Assembly: GCF_006345805.1 (NCBI RefSeq)
Contig: NC_043005.1
Span: forward strand, 57,164,001 to 57,228,000
Reading direction: 5' to 3'
Length of the DNA stretch: 64,000 nucleotides
Source: Octopus sinensis
Lineage: Eukaryota
Position numbers and translations under genes: made by a program. Position 1 is the first letter of the stretch. Each line of letters starts with the position of its first letter. The notes under the pieces were generated by a model. The model was not told the origin of the DNA. It did no database searches and saw nothing but the letters and a program-made list of their open reading frames with translations. This document shows positions 53,995 to 64,000 of this stretch, piece by piece.

Positions 53995-54555
53995 ATAATG
54001 CGGTTTTTTCAACCGCTTGAACTAAAAGTCAGAGGGGAATGGGATAAACTACTTATATTAACTTGCTATAAAAGCAGGTAGTAATTTTATCTTGTCCTTA
54101 TTCATAGTGCAAGTTTTGAAGAGTGCATTTCGATTTTAACAGCTATTTTTTTCAAAGCTATGTTGGAAGTAGCATATTTGGCATATTTTGCTTTATGAGT
54201 TCAATAAAGACAACAACGCAAATGCAGTATATGGGGATTGGACAATAAGCGTAAGGCAGTGTCAATGGTGGTTCCAGAAATTCCGAGCCATAAACTACAG
54301 CCTAGAAGACGAGCCTCATCCTGAAAGATCTGTAGAACTCGACAAGGACATCCTGAAAACCCTGGTGGAACAAAATCTCATCGTAACTGTTGAGGAACTA
54401 GCAGAGAAGCTTGGATTTGGTCATTCAACCATTCATTGAGACCTGTGTGCTATCGGAAAAGTCAGCAAATTGGGTCAATGGGTTCCTCACAACTTTCCGA
54501 GTCTAATTGCATGCAGAGAGTGAATGTATGCTTTTCTTTGCTGTCACATCTCACC
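53995..54555 (+). mobile_element. mariner 5' fragment
   Basis: LLYEF..ISVRQCQWWFQKFR..SLEDEPHPERS..TVEELAEKLG..LGQWVPH. Confidence 0.85.
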
Positions 54556-54573
54556 ACTACTGCGCTATGTATA

Positions 54574-55209
54574 TCTATATATATAAAACTGTAGTTGTGT
54601 GAGTGTCTGCCCCTTCGATTTAGATTCCTAACTACTCCCACATTTTGCGGTGCAGTTTAACCAAATTCGGGTAGCTTATAGTCGTGATTCATATCGAGCC
54701 CGTCTGAGTATTAGCGCGCGTCTACGATGAGTCTACGATTTAAAAATAATTTAACATCATTTTTTATTCCATTTTTAATGCATAATTTTTCGTGTGTCGA
54801 TGGCGGTGGAGTTGGCGTCCACGCTCACACCTGCACCTGTGGGGAGGGAGTGTAAGGAAATCAACGTCGTAATGCGTTGTCAGGGAGACCAGCGTTCTTT
54901 TAGAACAACGACTTCATGGCTTGAAGACACCAAAACAGAAATGGCTAAGAAAGCGTCTACATGAGTCTACGATTTAAAAAAAAATTTACCATCGTTTTTT
55001 TTCCATTTTAATGCATTTTTTCGCTATTATATAAGGTAAGTAACTCTCTAAAAATGTCTACGATGAGTCAACGATTTAAAAAAAAATTTACCATCATATT
55101 TTTTCCATTTTTAATGCATTTTTTGCTATTTTTTTGGCTATAACTCTCTAAAAATGCTTATATAGTTATTTCCCTTACAAACCCGAGCAACGCCGGGCGA
55201 TACTGCTAG
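54574..55209 (+). mobile_element. Non-autonomous Helitron-like element
   Basis: A|TCtatatatataaaac 5' end; 3' cccgagcaacgccggg hairpin then CTAG|T; internal gtctacgatgagtctacgattt repeats. Confidence 0.75.
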
Positions 55210-55235
55210 TATATATATATATTGGAAGGTTTGGA

Positions 55236-55274
<39 letters not shown>

Positions 55275-55281
55275 TGGGTAT

Positions 55282-55815
55282 AAGACGTCACCAACTGTGC
55301 AAACAACATGAAATACGTAAACAACGAGTGAAAAAATGGAAAACAAATGACCTTTCATGACTTGTTGGCTGTCTGTCTACTCCTCATTTCGAGCAATCAA
55401 CGACAATATGAGTCTTTAAAGACAGTTGCTCCCATGAATTCTAAAATAAAATTTAGGATTTATGAACAAAGTTGGGAACAAAAACAGGATAGTGGAGACA
55501 TACAAGGAAACCGAACGAAAGCAAACATATGCATATATGGATGCAGGACGTCACCAACTGTGCAAACAATATGAAATACGTAAACAAAAGAGTTAAATAC
55601 GTAAACAATGAGAGAAAAAATGGAAAACAGGTCAAGTAAACACAGAGAAAAGACCCTTCATCAGTTGTCGTCTGTCTATTTATTCTTCATTTCGAGCATT
55701 CGACGACAATATGAGTTTTCAAAGACAGTTGCTCCCATTAATTTAGCATTTATGGAGGGTCAAAGTTGGGAACAAAAACAGGACAGTGAGGACATACAAG
55801 GAAACCGAAAGAAAA
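55282..55815 (+). repeat. Diverged ~265-bp tandem duplication
   Basis: gacgtcaccaactgtgcaaacaa at ~55283 and ~55547; caaagttgggaacaaaaacagga occurs twice. Confidence 0.8.
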
Positions 55816-56442
55816 CAAACACGGAGGGTCGTTAGACCATAACGAGAAGAAAATAGCAAAGTGAGAGAAAAATAAGTCCAATCTTTTGAAAGTCCGTGCA
55901 GGAAAAGAAAAATGGTCATGTGAGAAAAGGAAAGATGGACGATGGCCACGTGTGAGCAACGGCAGAGGGAGAGAGTGATAGATAGACAGAGGGACAGACA
56001 GAAAACTCTGATATAAAACCAGACATGCATTGAACATTTTGAGGATTTTTTGCTTGCTCCCATTTTCTTGAGCTTGCAAACCATAGTGGCAGTGGATATC
56101 TTACTTTGGCTTATCTCTGGACCATATAAGAAGCGTGGAAACGAGTTGTAAAGTGCTGTGTAAGCATTGTTGGACCTAAAAGTTTAGGTTGTATATTAAC
56201 CGGTGAAGTGACTTTCCGATGCCCAGTTAAATAAGGAGACGTCATGATGAACATGGAATCCACGAATGCGAACCCGAGTGAAGCCAAATGCAGGCGCAAT
56301 AATCTCATGCATGGATATTGCGGACATTTTACTTAGGCGTTCGAATCACTGTTCTTGGACTATTTTAAAAAACTCTCTGACGAAGCATATATTTATATAT
56401 GAATAAATTAACCCTATGAATTTTTGGACTACTTTATAAAAC

Positions 56443-56566
56443 TCTCTGAGGAAGCCTAGAGGCATACCCAAGTATCATAATTTTATCTACAGATTACTAC
56501 AATATACTAAAAAGATGGCAATAACATATGGGGTACTGTGATCCCTTGGCTGAAACAGCTGTAAGA
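56443..56566 (+). ncRNA. Type I HHR with a ~100-nt stem II domain
   Basis: tct-CTGAGGA-agcc...(91 nt)...ggct-GAAA-cagctg-TA-aga. Confidence 0.7.
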
Positions 56567-56590
56567 AACTGCTCTTCTTTCTCTATTATA

Positions 56591-57798
56591 TTAGGTTGGG
56601 AACTATGCTCCTGCCAGTTTTTTAAATTTAAATATTTTAAAAGGTTCAATAAAAAAATAACAACTAATTAATCAATAATGAATTCACCTTTGTTGTTTAC
56701 AACTTCTTCCCAACGTTCAAGATTTTCAATACGTCGTTGGTAGAAATCACAAGTTTTCGACTCGAAAAATTGATCCAACCAAGCTCTCAATTCTGAATCA
56801 AGGTTGAACGAAACTCCGCGCATAGCATTTGAAAGAGATCGAAAGAGGTGGAAATCCGTTGGTGCCAAATTAGGAGAGTACGGCGGGTGTGGCAGCACTT
56901 CCCAGCCATGCTTTTGAATGGCTTCCTTGGTCATATTGGCGATATGAGGGCGAGCGTTGTCGTGCAGCAGAAGAATTCCATGCTGACGATTAGGTCTTTT
57001 TTCTTGAATAGCCGTGTTGAGTCGTTCCATCTGTTGAACATAGAGTTCCGCGTTGGCCGTTTGGTTCCGTTCAAGCAATTCGTAATGGATAATCTCTTCC
57101 CAGTCCCACCATACGCACAACATCGTTTTACGCGGATGAAGATTTTGTTTCACGCGCGGTGTCGCTTGTTTACGCTACTTCATACTGATGTACAGACACC
57201 ATTTTTCGTTGCCAGCAGCGATTCGGTAAAGAAATCGTTGCTTGTGTCCATGAGTTGAGCGGAGATTGTGGCTCGTTGATTTTTGTTGTTGGTCACTTAA
57301 AGCATGCAGAACCCATGCTCCATACTTCTGAACCTTTTCCCATATAGCGGTGTGGGAGCATTCCATTTTCTCTGTCGCTTGAGAATTTTCGTGCAAAAAT
57401 TGGTTTAATCGTTCTTCATCGAACTCAACTGGACGGCCAGAACAAGGTGTGTCTTTGAGGTCAAAATTTCCATTTTTGAACTTGTCATACCAATCACGAT
57501 TGGTTTTTTCAGCTATAGCACCCTTTCCGTGCACAGCACAAATGTCGCGAGCAGCTTTTGCGGCCTTAGAACCTTGATTAAAGGCAAAAAGATTTCGAAA
57601 ATGCTCGTTTTTCTTCATTTGGCATTTCATTTTAATGATCTGAAAATAAACAAAAATTAACTAAAATTAACTAAAAAATAAAAAAAGATTCCAAAATTAA
57701 TCAAAAATAGAATTCTCGAAAAAAATAGATTCCAACATTTAAAAACGCAATAAATTCCAAAGCTTAAAAAAACAGCGGGAACTTAGTTGCCAACCCAA
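56591..57798 (-). mobile_element. mariner (DD34D) transposon, near full length and frameshifted
   Basis: TIRs ttaggttgggaacta and tagttgccaacccaa with TA flanks; WVLH, GNEKW, HDNARPH and HPPYSPNLAPTDFHLF. Confidence 0.95.
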
Positions 57799-58173
57799 TA
57801 GAAATTACTAATACTTTAAACATGTATTTATATATTATCTGAACTGTTTAAAATAAATAAATAGACATAATGTAATGTCTAACAGCTGATGAATACTACC
57901 TCTGGATTCCCTCCATTTTCTTCTTGCCATATAAATTAAGGGTAAAACTACTTATTAGCCTCGCCTAATTATACTCAGTGGAGTAATTGTCACACAATAA
58001 CCAGCACTTGTGTATTAATTAGGTATTCTGCCAGCTGTATATTGGATAGATACTATCTCTTAGTTGGTTGGATTCACAACCGCTAACACTCTTTGAATTA
58101 TATATATACTTTGATACTTTGATAGGTTTCGGCCATTATTGGCCCAGGCCATGTCTAACTAATAGCACCACCT

Positions 58174-58253
<80 letters not shown>

Positions 58254-58256
58254 ATA

Positions 58257-59194
58257 CAGGGGTGGGACAAAATAATGGAAACACCTAGCAGCATAGCATC
58301 ATAATTTTGAAATATCTATAAAACTGTCAAAAGCTTGTTTATTTTTGTTTTTTGATTTATTATTAGTGTTGCTTAATATGTTTTGCTAAAATTGCTGTTT
58401 CTTTTCAGATATCACCAGAAAAACGTAATTAAGATTCATTAAAATGACAGATCTATCAGATTTTCAATGAGGTAAAATTGTTGGTGCTCGTATGGCAGGC
58501 GCTAGTGTAACGAAAACAGCGGAAATATTTGGTGTATCAAGTAGTACCGTCTCAAAAGTAATGACAACCTTTGAGAAAGAGGGAAAACCCTCCTCGTCGA
58601 AACAAAACTCGGGAAGTGTATACGTGTGGAGATAGCCAAAAGAAGCATTTGGCCTAGACTGCCTTCTTCCAACTGTTAAATTTGGAGAATCTGTGATGAT
58701 CTGGTGGGGGGATATATCTTGGAAATCTGCCGGCCCAATGGTTTCCCTTCATGGCTGACTATTTAAGCATTTTAACTGATCAAGTTCATCCTCTGGTTGC
58801 GGAACTGTTTCCGGAGGGAAACACAATCTTTCAGGATGATAATGCACCAATTCAAACATCTAAAGTTGTTACTGAATGGCACAAGGAACATTCTAGTGAA
58901 GTTGAACATCTTATCTGGCCACCACGGTCTCCAGATCTCAATATTATTGAACATTTATAGTGCATTTTAGAAAAGCAACTAAGGAGTCGATATCCTCCAC
59001 TGTCACCACCACAAGAACTGGAGACTGTTTTAAAGGAAAAATGGACAAAAATTCCTTTGGAAACAATTCAAACTTTGTACCAGTCCTTAACTCATAGAAT
59101 TCAAGCTGTAATTACTGACAAAGGCGGTGCTAACCGATATTAAAATAAATTTATTGAAATTTTAAGGTGATTCCATTATTTTGTTCAACCCCTG
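58257..59194 (+). mobile_element. Internally deleted Tc1 transposon, same family as 2712-3866
   Basis: TIRs caggggtgggacaaaataatggaaacacc and ggtgattccattattttgttcaacccctg; FQDDNAPI..WPPRSPDLNIIEHL. Confidence 0.92.
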
Positions 59195-59198
59195 TGTA

Positions 59199-59244
<46 letters not shown>

Positions 59245-59250
59245 GAAAAA

Positions 59251-59488
59251 AAACAAGAAGAAAGCACACAAAAATGGATCAATATTTCGGTACAATTGTT
59301 TCGTACAATGACCAGCTTTTTAAGGCTGCAAATATTGCAGCAAATACAAGTGACCCGTACTCATCAGCCGAATGATGAGTACGGGTCACTTGTATTTGCT
59401 GCAATATTTGCAGCCTTAATAAAGCTGGTCATCGTACGAAACAATTGTACCGAAATATTGATCCATTTTTGTTGCTTTTTTCTTGTTT
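59251..59488. repeat. Fold-back palindrome built from an HHR
   Basis: Arms 59251-59366 and 59373-59488 with spacer gccgaa. Confidence 0.9.
59286..59372 (-). ncRNA. Canonical type I HHR; a 5'-truncated mirror copy lies on + at 59373-59454
   Basis: ttcgg-CTGATGA-gtac...gtac-GAAA-caattg-TA-ccgaa. Confidence 0.9.
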
Positions 59489-59598
59489 ATAATCACCCCG
59501 CATTATCTTTGGTTAATACCATATAGATTCTGGTGCATCTAAGTTAAGTACCGCATTCATGTGAATTCAACAGAACTCACTTGAATCTTAATTGCTTT

Positions 59599-59638
<40 letters not shown>

Positions 59639-59779
59639 ATACACATATTTTTATAAACATCTATACACATATTTATAAAACACCATACACACACACACAC
59701 ACACACACATATGTATATACATACACACACATATATATATATATAGACGATCAGAAAATGGAGGAAAAACACCAAATAA

Positions 59780-62700
59780 ATGTGTATCTTTGGTGTTAAA
59801 AAGCTATTATTTGATGAATTATGCAAGAGTGAGTTTACAGCTGTTACTGTGCACCATATTGAGGTAAATATGTATTTACCTTGTTGCAAATGGTAGACGT
59901 CATCAGAACGAAGAAGGCAGAGGTAGACAAAGAAGAAAATAGAGCGAAATATAGAGGGAGAAACCAGAAAAGAAAATGTTCAATGATTCGAAAGTCTTAC
60001 ATTTTAGTTGGGTTCAAAGTTCATTAAATCCATTGTGAGGTAGTTGAAGAATAGAGGTTGGTTAAATCTGAAGCTTCGTAGTTTGTTATTAGCATGTCGT
60101 CCACGTGCCTGCCTGTTCAGCTAGTTGACCGCCTGTGTAATCTGAGGGGGTTATCCCTAATTATGGATATCCGGTGTGGTTAATAGGAGCTATGTGTCCC
60201 TAACTTATAGGTTGTGGGTAGTTCGTATATTTGCAAAGGAAGCCGTAAATATAGGTAAATTTTATATCTAGCAGGAGTACGATTTAGCGTGTAAAGACAA
60301 AGCATCGCAATGATATTTAGGTTTGAGGAGTGCAATGAAAAGGAAAAAGAAAAAGATAGAGGAGGGGTAATTTAACGTGTAAAAAGAGTTGGTTGTTCTC
60401 GACTGAAAAGAATTATAGGAAAAAGGTAGGCTAGTGAAGAAAGTAGATTAGTTATATTAATTATTTCTTAATAATATGGGTTGAGTAGGCTAGCGTAGGA
60501 TATAACAATTTTTATGTATTTGTAATATGGAATGGATATGCGTAAGATAGTTAGGTTCGGGAAGGTTAAGGGGAGGTAATACGCTTATATGTAGGTCTGC
60601 TAATAACATTCAGGCTAGGAGATGGTGGTGTATACTGGAATGAGCGGGGTTTAACGAAACTTAGGGAATACGAATCGGACTTTATACTGCCAAAATTAGT
60701 TTCTCTTCTTTTATTGAGTAGAGGTGATTTGGCCATTAAAATTAGTAGTTACTCTGTTATACAAAGCTCACAACGCTTATTGTTAATGGTATAAGACGAA
60801 GTTTTTGCTAGGATACACCATTCTGAAATATAGTTGATTTTTTTGTCTTTTAATTCCCAGATGTAGCTACTAATTCAGTCCTGTAGAGTTTGCTTTACTC
60901 CTGCTTCTAAAGGTAGATTGGTGGGTATTGTATCTAAGTATCATTTCATTTTTCATAGCTCCTATATGGTTTTTTGCGAGTACATCGCATTGATATATTA
61001 CGTTTTTTGTTTGTATTACACCTATTTGAGAATTGACACTTATTTCTGTCTCTGCAGCCACATAAATTATTCGGTTCATCTGTGCTTCTGTTATGTTGAG
61101 TGTGGGTTACTATTTATCATGTTGTTGTCCGTGTTGTTTGAGGGCGAGTTATTAGGGACGAGATTTATTCCATCTGCCTGTTGGTAGTTATATTTTATAT
61201 TGGGTATTTTTCCTAGTTTCGTAGAAGGCGTCTAGCTTATTAATATTGATCGAGGCTATGACGGTAGCTAGGTTACTAGTTTGGCTATGGCCTACTCTAA
61301 TTTTATTCTTAAAGATTCCTGGGTATTTGTCATTTAAGTTCAAGTGCTTGTCTATAAGTCTCATTATGGATTGAACTATGTTAGATTTAAATTGCATCAC
61401 GAAGGGGATTATTAGCCAAATCTTATCGCTATTTCATTTATTTTTAGTATTATTTTTGGTGTAGAAGCTATCCTCAGTGTTCGTGTGGAGTGTAAAGTTG
61501 CTGTTATGATTGTTATATTTCTTTTTATGGTTACTTTTATTTTTTATATTGTTAGTGTCAGTTTTATTGGGGTTATTTCTGTGCAGTTGTCTTAAGTTAT
61601 ATGGCTTGGTGTTATCATTCTGCACTGGGGTTATATTGGTTCTTTGGGATTCGTTCTTCTTCTTCTTCTTCTTCTTCTTCTCTTCTTCTTCTTCTTCTTC
61701 TTCTTTGGAGTGTGGTTAGTGCTGTGATAATTGTCTTAGGAATTTATGTTGTTCCGGTTATTTGTATAACGTTTTAAGTCTAGGTATTTAATTTTTTTTG
61801 TTTATAACTTGCTTATATTTATCAAAGGTATCTAGGTTAGACAAAGAGGGGTGAAATTCTTTTGCTAATGCTATGTACTAATCCTCTTTTAATAAAGTTT
61901 GGATGGCTACTGGATGTGCTTATATACTTGAAGTTTGTATTAGGTTTTATGTAGGGTTCATGGAGTCTCGTGGCTTGGTTGCAGTTGGTGTCTAGGTAAT
62001 TTATAGAGTTATATTCCTTTTCTATAGTAATAGTTAGGCCGAATCTTTTAAAAAGTTCATATAATTTTTTCTCAATTAGTTCTAATCTCCTATTTGGGAC
62101 GTTTTTTAGTATGAATAGTGCATCGTCCCTATATAGCCCACCCTTGACTTCTGGGAATTCTTCCTGTATGTATGATAACAAATAAATACCTACTAAGTCT
62201 GTTACCTGTGCTGAATCTGGAGTTCCCATGGTGATATCAAAGTTATTAGGGGAATCTTTTCTTACCCATAGTTTATTATCGAAAGTTATTACTGATTTTC
62301 TCGCTGCTAAGATTACCTTAATTTCCTTCATTAGTAGTTGAGCATGATTTTTGACGAAGACAAGAGCACTATTAAGGATCATAGGGTTAATAGATCAGTA
62401 GTAATCTATGTCTATTTGTAGGAACTTGCAGTTTTTCTTGTTCTGAATTTTGGAGAACCAGTTTAATGCTTCGTAGGTGTTGGACCATAGTTCTAGGGCT
62501 ATCATATTCTTTAATTTAGAGATATATTTATCTAATATTAATTTACTTAATTTACATAGATCGGACTTAGATGCTATTTTGTATTTTTTGTAATTTCTTT
62601 ATGTAAAAGCTGGTGGTATAAATTTATATCCAATGTGTAAGAATTCCTTTTTTTTATCGGAGTGTACAATAATTCCCTTTTGCAATTTCAGTTTATATAG

Positions 62701-63060
62701 TAGGTCATTTAGGTTTTTTGGGTAGCTGTTGTTTCTTAGTGGGTCTCGTTTGAATTGTAGTTTCTTAATAGTATCCCATAGTTCGTTTTCAAAGGCGTCT
62801 AAGTGGCTGTTTGGTGGGGGTGTTTTCCTGGTCTTGAAAACTCCTTTGGTAAAGTCATTGGTGTATTGGTGGTGTGTTGTCTCTGCTTGGTTGTTTTTAT
62901 ATTAAAACATGACTTTCCAACGTAAGCGCTGGGTGAAGTCTGTTAATATATTAATGACTTCTTTAAGATATACATTTTAGGTGGAATCGGTATATCTTTT
63001 AAAGATGTTTCTATTGTTATTTGCTCCATTTACCCAGTATGTGCCTGGTTAATGTCTGGC
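59780..63060 (-). mobile_element. Near full-length decayed Penelope-like element (probably Naiad-type): N-terminus, RT, Asn/Lys-rich linker, GIY-YIG, UTR, HHR
   Basis: ATG at 63029 (MEQITIETSLKDIPIPP..FTQRLRWK); FDITMGTPDSAQVTDLVG..GGLYRDD (61837-62382); NVIYQCDV..HIG..RYNTH; RCELCITE. Confidence 0.9.
59833..59909 (-). ncRNA. Degenerate HHR (GUAA in place of GAAA), sense to the PLE
   Basis: gtt-CTGATGA-cgtctaccat...aggtaaatacatatttacct...atggtgcaca-GTAA-cagctg-TA-aac. Confidence 0.65.
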
Positions 63061-63099
63061 TAAGGGGTCTTAGTCAGAGATACACACACACGCACACAC

Positions 63100-64000
63100 G
63101 AAAACTTGAAGAAAACATAAAAGGAAAAATGCAACATATATCGAAATTCCAAAACCTACAGACTTGAAACTACGTCCAATGTGTAAGAATTCCTACATCA
63201 AAAACACAACGCATAAGCAGCTTAATAGATATAATTTTAAAACGTTTATGCAAAATGGTACTAAGCTTTGTCTGGGATGATATGGAATTTCTAAATTACA
63301 TACCTAAAAGTGTCCATCAGGAAACAATTCCCGTTAGTTTTGATGTAACTAGTTTATACACCAATATTCCACACGACCTAGGAATTGAAACCGCAAATTT
63401 CTGGTTGAGAAAAAACCAAATCATATCAAGGTAAGATTCTCAATAAATTTTATTTTAGAAATATTGAAATTAGTACTGCAAAACATTCACTTCTTTGGCA
63501 AGAAGTTTTATTTACATTTCAAAGGAACAACGATGGGGACAAAATAGCCCCTACTTACGCAATACTCGTAATGGCTTTCTTAGAAGACAAATTTTATTTT
63601 CAACTTCCAGAAACATTTATCCAACAATTCTCAATTTACATAATGAACAATTGGAAACAAGGTTTGGATGACTGCTTTATTTTTTGGAGTAAAAAAAAAC
63701 TAGATATCTTTCACTCACTTTCATATAATCTACATTCCTTGATGAAGTTTAAAGAATGGCACTCGAAGGAACTACAATTTTTGGACAACATTAAAACTAA
63801 TTTTTCTATGAACCCGCGGGCACACACCAATACTTCAGCTTTCATTCCTCTCAACCCTCTCATACAAAAAGAAGCATACCATTTATTATGGCAAAATGTG
63901 TTTGCACTATAGTAATAAACGCCACACGAAAGGATAAAAGATTACAAGAATAAAAACATTTATAGAAAAACAAAAATATCCTACTAGACTTGACTCAGCA
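63100..64000 (+). mobile_element. Second, unrelated PLE RT fragment (Neptune/Poseidon-like), decayed and running off the window
   Basis: VSFDVTSLYTNIPHDLG, KGTTMGT.IAPTYA, LDDCFIFW and LQFLD motifs. Confidence 0.82.

Noticed and set aside
55625-55670. Minus-strand CTGATGA followed by an aggtc/gacct-type stem
   Set aside because: No GAAA-stem III-UH follows (it reads gtttt), so it was not counted as an HHR.
57882-58040. cagCTGATGAatac...gtattctgccagctgta
   Set aside because: It lacks GAAA and is better explained as a simple inverted repeat.

Overview
AT-rich, microsatellite-dense animal intergenic or intronic DNA. The tRNA-derived SINE families suggest an Octopus-like cephalopod (inference). 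No intact host gene is recognisable, and nearly all ORFs in the track are microsatellite or transposon artefacts. The window holds decayed Tc1/mariner transposons, CR1, Tx1/L1 and R4/Dong-like LINE fragments, Helitron-like ends, MITEs, SINEs and several Penelope-like elements (PLEs, RT plus GIY-YIG). The main signal, found by reading both strands, is about 24 type-I hammerhead ribozyme (HHR) motifs from roughly a dozen unrelated sequence families, all with the layout stem I-CUGANGA-stem II-GAAA-(short, usually palindromic stem III)-UH-stem I'. They occur in PLE pseudo-LTRs, in a ~530-bp tandem array (retrozyme-like), in fold-back palindromes whose axis lies at the ribozyme 5' end, and in a tRNA-headed SINE with a target-site duplication (42221-42569). 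A ~4.1-kb duplication around a 100-N gap is probably an assembly artefact. All coordinates were counted by hand and element boundaries are approximate.
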